NCBI GenBank assembly: GCA_965208905.1
Contig: OZ242365.1
Span: forward strand, 640,001-704,000
Length of the DNA: 64,000 bases
Direction: 5' to 3'
From: Nitrosopumilaceae archaeon
GTDB lineage: Archaea; Thermoproteota; Nitrososphaeria; Nitrososphaerales; Nitrosopumilaceae
The position numbers and the translations under genes are program-made. Shown one piece after another: positions 1-10,379 of this stretch. A model generated the notes under the pieces. That model was not told where the DNA came from, made no database searches, and worked only from the letters and a program-made list of their open reading frames with translations. The first letter of the stretch is position 1. Each line of letters opens with the position of its first letter.

Positions 1-488
1 TGCATTGATGTAACGGCGGCCTCTAGAGCTTGTACATTCTGGTCCGAAGATGAATCTCTAGGTGGAAAGTCCAACAGTGCAGTAGATTCGACATCCTCAA
101 TGGGTACATCAACATTTACCGGTACATCATTTATTACACCTTCTAGTGTTACCGATATTGTACCGGTCTTTGTGGGGATAACATCTGAAAAGTAAAAGCC
201 TGGACGCTGATCCGAGTTTATCTCCAATACTTTCGTTATGCCGCCATAGTTAGCAGTGGCAGTTAGACTATGAAAGGCATTTATTATGCCGGTTTTAACG
301 CCAGCACTCTCGCCGGGTTCTGTTACATGAAATACAAATGTATTCCTAACACCGACGACGGGTGGTTCTAGACCCCAACCCACCTCTATATCATATGGTG
401 GTATGGTCACAGTGGTGTGTGCCCAGGATGATGGAATGGTAAAAGTTACAGCAAGGACACCTATAACCAAGACTCCTATGATATTCAT
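1..488 (-). CDS. Hypothetical secreted/membrane protein, partial (runs off the window)
   Basis: Manual translation from ATG 488: MNIIGVLVIGVLAVTFTIPSSWAHTTVTIPPYDIEVGWGLEPPVVG..., open to the window edge; signal-peptide-like N-terminus; directly downstream of tmk. Confidence 0.7.
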   Translation of the reverse strand, partial: MNIIGVLVIGVLAVTFTIPSSWAHTTVTIPPYDIEVGWGLEPPVVGVRNTFVFHVTEPGESAGVKTGIINAFHSLTATANYGGITKVLEINSDQRPGFYFSDVIPTKTGTISVTLEGVINDVPVNVDVPIEDVESTALLDFPPRDSSSDQNVQALEAAVTSM

Positions 489-496
489 ATGACAGT

Positions 497-1093
497 TCAG
501 CTTTCTCCCATATTAGTTAATTTCGAGATTGTTAGTTTTAGTGTATCCCATATACTATCATGTACCAACTTTGGCGTCTGTGTACCATCGATTATACGCC
601 AGCCTTCCTGTTCAGCGTAGATTCTGTATGTATCCACCACATTCTCCATAAATTGTACATCCGTCTCAAATATGTCTCGTGTATGCTTGCGTCTAAACGA
701 CTCCGAGGCCGATATATCCAACAGTATGACCATATCGGATTTGGGCATATCAAAGTCTAAATCTTTCAGCCATTGTACATCAAGACCATTTGCCATTCCA
801 TATATCATATTGGACTCATAGTATCTGTTCATTACTATTATTTTGTTTTGATATAGCGCCTGTTGTATATCTGGCAGTCTCTCTCTGCGGTTTTCGGCCA
901 ATAACGTATGTATCCGTTGAATATCTACGCTCTCTGCTGCAAGACTCTCTTTTATCTTTCTTCCTAGGACGGTTGTATAGTCAGGAAAACTGAACAGCGT
1001 GGCTTCAACTCCAATCTCTAGTAACCTGTCTGTTAGCATCTTTGATTGAACAGTTTTACCCGACTGATCCACACCCTCAATTGTTATAATCAA
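497..1093 (-). CDS. tmk: Thymidylate (dTMP) kinase
   Basis: IITIEGVDQSGKT P-loop, FSFP, MNRY and PKSD motifs. Confidence 0.93.
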   Translation of the reverse strand: MIITIEGVDQSGKTVQSKMLTDRLLEIGVEATLFSFPDYTTVLGRKIKESLAAESVDIQRIHTLLAENRRERLPDIQQALYQNKIIVMNRYYESNMIYGMANGLDVQWLKDLDFDMPKSDMVILLDISASESFRRKHTRDIFETDVQFMENVVDTYRIYAEQEGWRIIDGTQTPKLVHDSIWDTLKLTISKLTNMGES

Positions 1094-1119
1094 TTATCAT
1101 GATTTTTTTGGTTGTAATT

Positions 1120-3855
1120 TTAATCATTCAGAAGTAGTTGGTCTGCACGACGCTTATCCTGAACGCTCTTTACAAAAAACAGCGCCGAGGCCAGTATGCC
1201 TGCTGCCATCAAGGGGGATGCTATCTCCGTATATAATACAGTAGAAGTTGCGGTGGTTCGAGGAGGTATTTCGGTGGAGGGGGTTGTGGTCGTGGTTATC
1301 TTTGCAAGTTTGTTTGTCTGCGGTTCTACAAACCAGACATTTTGGTTGTTATCAGCAGTCATAAATTGTGTAAATGAGCCATCGGTTGGTATCTGTATAT
1401 GTCTATAGGCTTTTGCATCTGTATCATACATGACCACAACATCTGCAGTATGTTGGGCAACCCAGATGTTGCCATACATATCAAAAGATGTACCGTATGG
1501 CAAGCCACCGTCTACACCTAGTGGTACCCGGGTAAACGCCGATGTATCCATATCAAAACTAACCAAACCAGTACCTTCATGTTCAGATATCCATAGTATG
1601 CCATCCTGATCAAACAACAGATACTCAGGGTTGGCCAATGGTTCTTGCGCAGTAAACACTTCAATCTCGCCAGACTCTGTCTGTATATATCCTATATCCC
1701 CATTACCTCCGGCAGTAAACCAGATGTTGCCCTGCGGCCCCACACTTAAGGCTAATGGAAACGAGCCTGATTCCAGACTAAACGTTTGGAATACATCATT
1801 TTGTGTATCATAGTATAGTATGACATCTTTTGTGGTTACGGCAGTCCATACATTGCCGTTATGATCCACCTGTATGGTGGTTATTACACTCTCAATGTTT
1901 GCTGGTTCTAGTTCGGGTATAGGGATTAATGTAAACTCGCCAGTATTCGGTTGTAGGTAGCCTATCTGTTTGCCAGGCGCATCGGTGAACCATATGTTGT
2001 CATTGTCATCCACAGCCAAAAACAGTGACAGATTACCATCAAATGTAAATGACTCAAACTCATTAGTAGTCAAGTCAAAGCTCCAAAGTCTGGGTGCCGA
2101 GGGGTCGCTTATCCATATCTTATTATCATGATATAGTGGGTAGAGGGGGTTTGCGCTCTGGGGTAAGTCATACTCAGTTATAGTAGCAGTTATTCTGTCT
2201 ATACTAGGCTTGATGGGTAATCTCAGTATGACTGATTCGTTGCCCTCCTGTTCTCTCTGTGACTCTACCTCCACTATCCATGTCCCGGCAAATCCAAATA
2301 CCGCCTCACCAGCATACTCGTCTACGGAGGGCTCCAACTCCATCGAGAGTGGAAATATGTTTCTTGCAGGGTTTGATACTTTGATGTTTATTCCGCTTTG
2401 GCCCTCCACAGGACTGCCATCTAGGTTACTGGTCTTGACGTATATGCCGTTGAGCCCCATGGTATATGGCTCCAACTCTATCTCAAATTTTGTATTCTCT
2501 GTAAATTTAACCGTCCTAAAATAGTCAGAGTCCATCATGGTATCACTCTCAATCTCTCCACTGGGCAGAGTGCCATTTATTAGAACAGCAACCACGCCTA
2601 GCAATACAATACCCAATGCAAACTCAACCCTCAATGTTTGACGCATCTTTTTGAATACCTGTATCTGTCTTCTCTTTACGGCACCGGAGACAGTTAGTTG
2701 TAGGTAACCACCAAGTCCCACCATTATGGATGCCAATACTATCTTGGTTATGATCAATTTGCCGTACAGGGATTCGGTTATTACACCCACATCACTCTCC
2801 AAAAACCACATGAGTGTGGGTCCTGTTATTAGTACTATACCTACCCCCAGGATGAATATTGTAGAGAATCTAGGAACCAAAACGGCCATCATCTTTTCGC
2901 GTCCCTCCTCTTTGGCCCTTAATAGTGATGGGTATAGTATGAAGCAGATGTATCCTAGGCCTCCAATCCATGCAGCCGATACCAAACCATGTATAAAGTC
3001 GAGTATTATTGGAGCCATCTGGCCAGTGGCAGCCCCATGTCCTATCATACTTGATGTCCATAGCAAACCCATGGTTAGTGTCAGTATGACTACATACCAC
3101 CTATTGTTCATACGACGTTCCATGGCAAACCATGCTGCCAAAAGAACTCCAACTATTATCATGCGGGCTACCCAGGTCAAACCAAATGGCGTCAATAGTG
3201 TATCGCCAGAGAATGAGCCTAAACGTATGGTATACACCACCAACATCATTATGGTAGATGCAAATACGGCAATTAGTGATATGCCAATTACCAGCATGAA
3301 TTTGTTATGGTGTGTATTGTCTATCAGATTTAACTGGTTTGATATTGGTCTCTTATCTTGGGTTCTCCAGACTAGTGCAGTGCCAATTATTGCTCCAAGC
3401 AGTATGGTCTGACCCGCCAGACTGAAGAATCTAGTCAAAGCTTCGGGTATAAACACCAGCTCCCGCTCTTCTTGTGGTAGTAGACTGACATCTATGGTCG
3501 AGCTTCCCACGGCAAACAGAAATGTGTCTGGTACTAGATGTCCATCAACAGCAGAGAGTACCTTACTAGATACTGTGTATATGCCATCTGCAAGTGGGGG
3601 TGTGGTTACCACCAGTGTGTGATCATTTATGTAATGTGTAGTATCTCTGTTGTCTATCTGATTACCCTGACCATCATATACCTTTAGTGAGCTGAACTCC
3701 AAAACCACCTCCTCAGAGTATCGTACCCATACCTGAGTAGTGCCCACCTCGGCGTTCTCATCTGCATTGGGCCGTGACTCTTCAGTAAATGGGTGTGCAT
3801 ACGCCATGGGCGCAGCTATAATTAGCAATATAGATACGACATGTAGCATCCTCAT
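1120..3855 (-). CDS. CopC-CopD copper resistance/uptake fusion with C-terminal Vgb-like beta-propeller and TM anchor
   Basis: Signal peptide then AHP (N-terminal His), VLSAVDGH CopC motif, multi-TM CopD region (GHGAA, HGLVSAAWIGGL), repeated G.IWF/VW propeller blades. Confidence 0.88.
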   Translation of the reverse strand: MRMLHVVSILLIIAAPMAYAHPFTEESRPNADENAEVGTTQVWVRYSEEVVLEFSSLKVYDGQGNQIDNRDTTHYINDHTLVVTTPPLADGIYTVSSKVLSAVDGHLVPDTFLFAVGSSTIDVSLLPQEERELVFIPEALTRFFSLAGQTILLGAIIGTALVWRTQDKRPISNQLNLIDNTHHNKFMLVIGISLIAVFASTIMMLVVYTIRLGSFSGDTLLTPFGLTWVARMIIVGVLLAAWFAMERRMNNRWYVVILTLTMGLLWTSSMIGHGAATGQMAPIILDFIHGLVSAAWIGGLGYICFILYPSLLRAKEEGREKMMAVLVPRFSTIFILGVGIVLITGPTLMWFLESDVGVITESLYGKLIITKIVLASIMVGLGGYLQLTVSGAVKRRQIQVFKKMRQTLRVEFALGIVLLGVVAVLINGTLPSGEIESDTMMDSDYFRTVKFTENTKFEIELEPYTMGLNGIYVKTSNLDGSPVEGQSGINIKVSNPARNIFPLSMELEPSVDEYAGEAVFGFAGTWIVEVESQREQEGNESVILRLPIKPSIDRITATITEYDLPQSANPLYPLYHDNKIWISDPSAPRLWSFDLTTNEFESFTFDGNLSLFLAVDDNDNIWFTDAPGKQIGYLQPNTGEFTLIPIPELEPANIESVITTIQVDHNGNVWTAVTTKDVILYYDTQNDVFQTFSLESGSFPLALSVGPQGNIWFTAGGNGDIGYIQTESGEIEVFTAQEPLANPEYLLFDQDGILWISEHEGTGLVSFDMDTSAFTRVPLGVDGGLPYGTSFDMYGNIWVAQHTADVVVMYDTDAKAYRHIQIPTDGSFTQFMTADNNQNVWFVEPQTNKLAKITTTTTPSTEIPPRTTATSTVLYTEIASPLMAAGILASALFFVKSVQDKRRADQLLLND

Positions 3856-3956
3856 GTATTATAATTGGCAACATGCTCTGTTTAAATCAACAGAAGGTTA
3901 GCGGTTATTTTTGGGAATCACATACAAAAGTTCACAGAACTACCATACTGTTGGCA

Positions 3957-4838
3957 TCACTCCAAGGTATCAATCGACACTTTCTCAAACTTTGCCACGA
4001 GTTGTTTTGGCCTGATTTTTAGCGGGGTAAAGACGCGTTCCATAGAATAGTCGATGTAATCTTTTTCTGTGTCATAGTTTATACTCCGACGTCCCAAGGC
4101 AACGGCAACCTTTGCGGTCTGTCCCGAACCGCAGAACGGATCCAGGACCGTATCGTCCCGATATGAGTACATGTGTATCAGTCGGTGTGGTATCTCCTCA
4201 GGGAACGGACATGGGTGGTCCAACATACGAGGTGGGACAGGAGCTATATGCCAGACATTGTTGGCCACATCCATCTTGAATATTTCGTCTATCTCAAAAC
4301 GGGATGTCTCTATTGTGCCGTTGATCTGGTTATAGATGGGCTCGCCGGGCTTTCGAAACACCATGATATATTCGGTCATGATATTCGGGTAATAATATCC
4401 CGGATATGGTCTTTGTATGGTGACGCCTGCGCGTCTCACACCAGCCGTGGTCTTGTGCCATATTATATCTTGATGGAATAACCAGCCTGCCTGTACTAGC
4501 CGCGCTACTATATCGAATGGTACCGGTACATGGGTACCTTTCATCAATACAGTCCCTATTACAACTGCGCAGAATCCTCCCGGCTTTGTGACCCGTAGGA
4601 CTTCACCAAATATGCGTTGCATTAAAGCCAGATAGCCATCATAGTCATCGAACCCCTCTGCATACATTCGGGAGCGATACCACGATTCAGCGTTACGGGT
4701 ATGCGCATCATAGTCTATGGCATTCCAGTATGGGGGGGATGTTACAGTAAGAGATATTGTATCATCGGCGACTTGCCCCATCTGCTCGCTACTCTGACAG
4801 AAGAACTTTACATCATGTCTCTGAGTTTCGCCTGTCAC
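3957..4838 (-). CDS. Site-specific DNA methyltransferase (N4-C/N6-A, beta class), orphan
   Basis: TSPPYW catalytic motif precedes HPCPFP and VLDPFCGSG SAM-binding motif; no adjacent endonuclease seen. Confidence 0.9.
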   Translation of the reverse strand: MTGETQRHDVKFFCQSSEQMGQVADDTISLTVTSPPYWNAIDYDAHTRNAESWYRSRMYAEGFDDYDGYLALMQRIFGEVLRVTKPGGFCAVVIGTVLMKGTHVPVPFDIVARLVQAGWLFHQDIIWHKTTAGVRRAGVTIQRPYPGYYYPNIMTEYIMVFRKPGEPIYNQINGTIETSRFEIDEIFKMDVANNVWHIAPVPPRMLDHPCPFPEEIPHRLIHMYSYRDDTVLDPFCGSGQTAKVAVALGRRSINYDTEKDYIDYSMERVFTPLKIRPKQLVAKFEKVSIDTLE

Positions 4839-4881
4839 ATAGTTATTCTTTTTTCAATATATTTAATCTTGGTTATGAGGG

Positions 4882-5052
4882 GGTTCTGGGAAATCAACGG
4901 GACATGACATGGAAGCCGCAGGTATCACTATCGAGGGCAATAGCAAGTACCTAACCCTCATTCGAGCAGCCGCAGAATCAACATCTTAATCCCTCATTTT
5001 TTATGTCCCTAATTTCCCACTACATGTCATGTCCCGTTGATTTCCCAGAACC
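4882..5052. mobile_element. 171-bp MITE-like / internally deleted IS (probably IS6-related) with perfect 30-bp terminal inverted repeats
   Basis: GGTTCTGGGAAATCAACGGGACATGACATG at 4882-4911 and its exact reverse complement at 5023-5052; interior encodes EAAGITIEGNSKYLTLIRAAAES*, resembling a transposase C-terminal tail; no TSD seen. Confidence 0.7.
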
Positions 5053-6089
5053 GTTCGTTAATCATCGGTATCTCTCTCCATCCATTTTGGGTCCTTTTCT
5101 CTGATCGCTTTTGTGGCCTTTCTGACAGAAAATGCCTGTAGTGGTGTCTCGTAGTTGTCAATATCCAACGAAAAGTGAAGTCTGCGCTCATTATAGTACT
5201 CTATATAGGAAGATAGACTATCATAATGATGTATCTCTGTCTCTATACTACCGTGAAAGCGTTCCAGTTTGCCGTTTGTCTGCGGATGATACGGTCGTGA
5301 GTTTATCATCTCGATTCCACGGTCTAACAACTCGGCCTCAAACGCAGTAGGCTTCCATTTGCCCTTAGGTGAATCGTCATGCCTTCTTCCCCCGTTAAAA
5401 CACCTACCATTATCTGAGAGGATAGTGGCCGGTGTACCAAATCTCGCTATTGCTTGTCGCAGCACATCTACTACGTTTTCTGAGGTGGCTTCCTTGAATA
5501 GGGCAGCACCCGTTATACACCTTGATGAATCATCTAGAAATGTGACTAGGTTGAGCCCTGCAAAGCGTTGATCCTTCATTATATGCCAGTCAACATGCCA
5601 CATGGCATTGGAATATTTGCGCTCATACCTAACGTATTTTCTTTTTTTGGATTTTGCTACAGATGATGTGACTAGTCCATGTTCTTTCATTATGCGATAT
5701 ATGGTGGCATAGCTTATATTCGGATTGTCTTTTCTGACCCTCCTTGCTGTTCGTATGATGCCTACATCTTCCTCTGCATGTTTGTTCAACACGGTTCGGA
5801 CCTCCTCTGCCGACGGTGGTGGGTGGACTGGCCGGCCTGGCTTTTGTTGCACGTGTATCTGTCCTGTTCTTGTAAACTCTGCACATAGTCGTCCTACATG
5901 TTGTGGTGTTACACCTATATCGTCTGCTATGTCAACAAGCGTCTTACCCTTACCACGTTCCCTTATGGCGTATCGTATCTGTTTATCCGTCAACTTTGTC
6001 ATTTTCATCTTTTTTCGTGATCGATAAAGCGTGAAGTATTCCTTTGCTTGCAACCAGAACTTAGTCGAACCTAATTTTTGTACAACAGA
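5053..6089 (-). mobile_element. IS481-family element, one end truncated by the 4882-5052 element
   Basis: Right end CGAACCTAATTTTTGTACAACAGA resembles the end of the IS481 at 24743-25786; only GTTCG remains of the left end. Confidence 0.65.
5058..6053 (-). CDS. IS481-family DDE transposase
   Basis: N-terminal HTH, WHVDW..DDSSR, ILSDNG, HPQTNGKLERF; paralog of 24767-25751. Confidence 0.9.
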   Translation of the reverse strand: MQAKEYFTLYRSRKKMKMTKLTDKQIRYAIRERGKGKTLVDIADDIGVTPQHVGRLCAEFTRTGQIHVQQKPGRPVHPPPSAEEVRTVLNKHAEEDVGIIRTARRVRKDNPNISYATIYRIMKEHGLVTSSVAKSKKRKYVRYERKYSNAMWHVDWHIMKDQRFAGLNLVTFLDDSSRCITGAALFKEATSENVVDVLRQAIARFGTPATILSDNGRCFNGGRRHDDSPKGKWKPTAFEAELLDRGIEMINSRPYHPQTNGKLERFHGSIETEIHHYDSLSSYIEYYNERRLHFSLDIDNYETPLQAFSVRKATKAIREKDPKWMERDTDD

Positions 6090-6224
6090 TATTGAATAGT
6101 ATTCTATAGTCCTGAAATCAGTTCGCTATTTAAGATATAATCTCGGCGGTTCCTCCTGCAAGGCCGGGCGATGCCTGAAAAAGTGTCTCTACACGCTTGA
6201 ATAGTTTTTGGGATCATGGTAGAC

Positions 6225-6545
6225 ATGGTAGGCAAGAGGAAGCAGCGGAAAGGCAGGGCATCAGAACAGAGTATCAACAGGCGTGGACACCAGATCTATG
6301 AAAAGGGCGACCAGATCAAACCCTTGACCGGGTAGCACTGGGATGTGGCATCTCGAAGGGGAGGGCGTATTGTGTATGGTGTCACTCGGCTGCGGCAAGA
6401 CCACCTAAGAATGTCCCTATCATGTGCCCGGGAAAGGATGCAGGTGCAAGCACATAACCGCGGTTGAGTACATGCTGCTCAAAGATATCAAGCCCTCCCT
6501 CATGGGGAGGCTGATCATCGGAGAGGCGGGACTGAAGTGTCACGC
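6225..6545 (+). pseudogene. Degenerate N-terminal fragment of a SWIM zinc-finger-containing (IS6-like) transposase
   Basis: Interrupted reading MVGKRKQRKGRASEQ...G*HWDVAS ... *ECPYHVPGKGCRCKHITAVEYMLL (CxH..CKHI.AV); internal stops and frameshift. Confidence 0.55.
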
Positions 6546-6796
6546 CAAGTGGCCTGTATGTGTTGGTTCAGGTCGATTTTTGGGATACGATCTTGGATTT
6601 TAGATCAATTATCCGGCATTGCGGGAGGAATCTTTGAGTGAATGAGGTATAATGTACTGTATGATATGTGTCAAAAACATTCCGAGTTAACAATGGCTAC
6701 ATGGCCTGCCTGACCATTAAATTGAAATAACCTGCGCAACTATGTCTTGAGATCAGTCTGACTAGCACGTATGCTGCGAACAGATTACATCATGTG

Positions 6797-7951
6797 TCAT
6801 GCAGCTGATCTCTTTAGGTCTTCTACAGCCTCTAGTATTGTACATGTAGAGTCATCTACCTCTGTATTAGTTGTAAACCTGCCAAGACCTAGGCGTATAG
6901 ATTCATGAGCCTTATCCTCGGTGAGTCCTATGGCCAGCAGCACATGTGATGGCTCTACCATCTGCGTGGTACATGCAGAACCGGCCGATATGGCCACCTT
7001 GTCAGACACTGAATTTATTATTGCCTTACCTTCGATTCCGGGAAAACGTACATTCAGGTTGTGTGGTAGTCTATTTGTGGGATGACCGTTCAGTGTGGCG
7101 CCAAACTTTTGAAATCTTTCAAACATCATTCTAGTCCATGTGCGTTGCTGCTCCCCTTCAAGATTCATCTGGCTCTGTGCCAGGCGAGCGGCCTCACCAA
7201 AACCCACTATGCCAGCCACATTATGAGTTCCAGATCTTAACCCCAACTCCTGACCGCCCCCACGAATTATGCCATCTAGTTGTACTATTGGCCGTATACT
7301 GCGTATGTATAATGCTCCCACTCCCTTTGGCCCATACATTTTGTGCGCCGACATGGACATCAAGTCGATGTTCATCTTTTGCACATCCATAGGAATGTGG
7401 CCTACAGCCTGAGCTCCATCAGTATGAAACAGTATGTCGTGTTTGTGTGCCAGCTTACCCACCTCAGACACATTCTGTATGGTACCAATCTCGTTATTTG
7501 CAGTCATTATGGATATCAACACAGTGTCAGAAGTAATGGCCTCTCTGAGTTGTTCCATATCTACACTACCAAAACGGTCTACCGACACGTAGGTGACCGA
7601 GTATCCGAGTCTCTGGAGATGTCTTGCCGTATCCAGCACGGCCTTGTGTTCTATTGTACATGTCACAAGGTGTTTACCACGTTTATGATGTCTGGCCATC
7701 ACGCCCATCAATGCCATATTGTCAGCTTCAGTGGCTCCTGATGTGAATACTATCTCATCGTGGCGAGCCCCCACCAAATCAGCTACTCTCCCTCTAGCCT
7801 CATCTATGGCCACAAATGCCTCATGTCCCAGTGAGTGATCCAAACTGGATGGATTACCAAATTTCTCTGTCATATATGGCATCATATATTCAAGCACCCG
7901 AGGATCCATTCGGGTGGTGGCATGATTGTCCAGATATATGGTATGTTTCAT
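6797..7951 (-). CDS. dndA: Cysteine desulfurase DndA (IscS-type)
   Basis: YLDNHATT, FTSGATE, SAHKMYGPKG (PLP Lys), SAGSAC; 4-bp overlap with dndE. Confidence 0.9.
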   Translation of the reverse strand: MKHTIYLDNHATTRMDPRVLEYMMPYMTEKFGNPSSLDHSLGHEAFVAIDEARGRVADLVGARHDEIVFTSGATEADNMALMGVMARHHKRGKHLVTCTIEHKAVLDTARHLQRLGYSVTYVSVDRFGSVDMEQLREAITSDTVLISIMTANNEIGTIQNVSEVGKLAHKHDILFHTDGAQAVGHIPMDVQKMNIDLMSMSAHKMYGPKGVGALYIRSIRPIVQLDGIIRGGGQELGLRSGTHNVAGIVGFGEAARLAQSQMNLEGEQQRTWTRMMFERFQKFGATLNGHPTNRLPHNLNVRFPGIEGKAIINSVSDKVAISAGSACTTQMVEPSHVLLAIGLTEDKAHESIRLGLGRFTTNTEVDDSTCTILEAVEDLKRSAA

Positions 7952-8325
7952 GGGCCCCGTTCCATCTGGACAACCCTGTAAAAATCTCCTATGTCGTGTA
8001 TGCGCGCAAACAACATCACAACACCCCGGTTGAAATGAGCTCGAAGCATACGGTTTAGGTAAGTGTCCACATCTAGTCCATCATGTTTCAGCCGCAGTGT
8101 CATTAGAGCCAGAAAGATATCCTCATAGTCTCCAAAGAGAACTGCAGGAGCAATCTCTGAGCCCTTCTCGTCGTACTCGTCCGGATTTGGAGGAGATGGA
8201 TCCTTGAGGGATAGGCAGATGGCAAACCTACCTGCTATGTTGGGTGTTATGCCCGTACGCTTCTTTATTACTGCCAAGTTATTCTGACTCCTGCTACTCA
8301 TCCGAAGCCGACTAAATCTTCTCAT
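7948..8325 (-). CDS. dndE: DNA sulfur modification protein DndE
   Basis: 125 aa, GITPNIAGRFAICLSL and RAHFNRG motifs; lies between dndD and dndA. Confidence 0.9.
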   Translation of the reverse strand: MRRFSRLRMSSRSQNNLAVIKKRTGITPNIAGRFAICLSLKDPSPPNPDEYDEKGSEIAPAVLFGDYEDIFLALMTLRLKHDGLDVDTYLNRMLRAHFNRGVVMLFARIHDIGDFYRVVQMERGP

Positions 8326-10379
8326 CTCTCATCCCAAAAGTATCCTGTCCTCACCTGCGTCTGCCCCATTGTTTGATCATGCTGTATGGTGTATGACTTT
8401 GACAGATACGGTAAGAGCCGACTGTACTCATCCTGTCCTATCTCTGTATCTGTAGAGAAGAGTATGACCTGGTGTGATGCCAATGGAAAGAATCTATCTA
8501 CTAGATTCGAGCGATGCTCTGCATCTAATCTGGCCAATGGAGTATCTATCATGAACGGTAGAGGGCGCCCCGAAGTTCGGGCAAGGCCCCACAATATGGA
8601 CATGGATAACATCTGTCGTTCTCCCTGCGAGATTGTCTGCAAGGGTATCTCATTACTGTCCATATCGTATAATGCTATGTCAAATGTGTTGGGGTCTATC
8701 TTTACAGTTTTTATGAAATTCTGTTTATGCATAAGAGTGATCACAGTCTCAGTGATGTATGACTCTAAGAGAGCCATCTTTCTCTCTCGTAGTTTTTTAG
8801 CGTATATATCAAGAGCACGCTGAATGGTTTGGACGAGCTGGCCACTCCTTTGACTCTTTTCATTCTTGTACTGGCTTGCTCGTATATCTCGCATCTTTAT
8901 GGTTATGTGCTTTATCAGCGCCAAACCCGACGCTTTGCTACTCTCTATGGTGTCAATCTCTCCTTCAAGACGCCCCAACTCTTGACGCATTCTGCCTATA
9001 CGGGTGACGAGTGGGCCTATCTCATCATCAGATGGAGCTCTAATTATCGACTCTTCGAGTATGGTGATCTCTTCTTTGAGGCTATCATATTTAGATACGG
9101 CATCCTGAGCATGCTGTATACTATTTATGGAGTCCTGTATGATGTTTCGAATTCGCTCCTGCTGGCGGGTGGAGAAACCAAAGACTTCAGATGCGTTACC
9201 ATTCTTTGGTAATGACCTCTTTATCGCGTATAGTGTATTGTTTATGATATTGTCTTTATGCTGATTATCTATATGACATAATGATTCTGAGGCAGACAGT
9301 GTAGTCTGCACGTCTTGACATATGTCATTTATGATATCGGCCTTTATCCTATTTTGAGCTATCTGGTTATCGGTGTGAATCTGTTCTAACATCATACCTG
9401 TCTGTTCAGGTATAATCCCAAAGGGGAGAGTAGATGCGCAAAGACCACTGATAAAGTTTGTATGAGTCTCTATCTGGTTCCTCTTTATATCAAGTTGAGC
9501 TTGGATTTTATGACGTTTTTGCGCAAAACTACCTCCCATCTTGTTGAAGATGGCCTCTACCTCCTGAATCTGTACTAATATCCTATCTTTGTCGGCACTC
9601 TTTTCTACTTCCCTATCGTATAGTCTGTCTATCTTTGATTCGGCCTCACTCATTTGCTTGTTTAGTTCTTTGAACTCTGCTGCAAGATGCTTATCATCGC
9701 CTACAAGACTCCTCGTGAGGGTGGTATTTAGATCCGTCTGTAGCTGCTCTACTATATCTACTCCTAGTAGTGAATTCAAAGGGGACTTTATGTCGTATCT
9801 CTGTGCCATCATCATCACCTCCTCGCCATCAAAGAAGAACAAATCAAGTACCTCGGGAGGTATTAATCCATTTACAAAGGTCTGTAGCTGCTCTCTTCCT
9901 ATACTGTTTATATCCTTGAATATATCATCACCTTCACCACGTCTCTTGACTACCATCTCTTCGCTTATGCCATCCTTTGAGCGCCGCCAGAGGCGCTCCA
10001 CCATGAATTCCTCTATATGACCGCTCATATACATGAGAAACTCAACAGAGATGGAGGTCCGTCTCTCTGAGTCTCGGAGACGTTCGGTGCGGTCACGATG
10101 CATGAGTTTGTCTAATCTCTCTTTGTATTGTCTTCGTGGATATCTAAAGTCATAGCTGCCGTATAGGCACAGCCTGACCGACTCAAACAGAGTAGTCTTT
10201 CCGTCACCATTTCGTCCCCCTATCAGTATTATTGGTTTGGAGGGTGTGGTGGTAAAGTCGAATTGGTGCCTGTCTGCATAGGGACCATAGTTCTTGAGCG
10301 TTATACGTTTTAGAAGTATTTTATCATCACCTGACCTTACCGTATCTCTGCTTATCCAGCTGATTTTGTCGTAGATCAT
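8322..10379 (-). CDS. dndD: DNA sulfur modification protein DndD (SMC-like ATPase)
   Basis: GRNGDGKTT Walker A, FFFDGE, long coiled coil, ISQGE signature, MIDTPLARLD, QVILFSTD; exact start uncertain. Confidence 0.95.
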   Translation of the reverse strand: MIYDKISWISRDTVRSGDDKILLKRITLKNYGPYADRHQFDFTTTPSKPIILIGGRNGDGKTTLFESVRLCLYGSYDFRYPRRQYKERLDKLMHRDRTERLRDSERRTSISVEFLMYMSGHIEEFMVERLWRRSKDGISEEMVVKRRGEGDDIFKDINSIGREQLQTFVNGLIPPEVLDLFFFDGEEVMMMAQRYDIKSPLNSLLGVDIVEQLQTDLNTTLTRSLVGDDKHLAAEFKELNKQMSEAESKIDRLYDREVEKSADKDRILVQIQEVEAIFNKMGGSFAQKRHKIQAQLDIKRNQIETHTNFISGLCASTLPFGIIPEQTGMMLEQIHTDNQIAQNRIKADIINDICQDVQTTLSASESLCHIDNQHKDNIINNTLYAIKRSLPKNGNASEVFGFSTRQQERIRNIIQDSINSIQHAQDAVSKYDSLKEEITILEESIIRAPSDDEIGPLVTRIGRMRQELGRLEGEIDTIESSKASGLALIKHITIKMRDIRASQYKNEKSQRSGQLVQTIQRALDIYAKKLRERKMALLESYITETVITLMHKQNFIKTVKIDPNTFDIALYDMDSNEIPLQTISQGERQMLSMSILWGLARTSGRPLPFMIDTPLARLDAEHRSNLVDRFFPLASHQVILFSTDTEIGQDEYSRLLPYLSKSYTIQHDQTMGQTQVRTGYFWDER

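Noticed and set aside
1120-3855. CopC-CopD-propeller fusion as a novelty
   Set aside because: To my knowledge this architecture is already typical of ammonia-oxidising archaea
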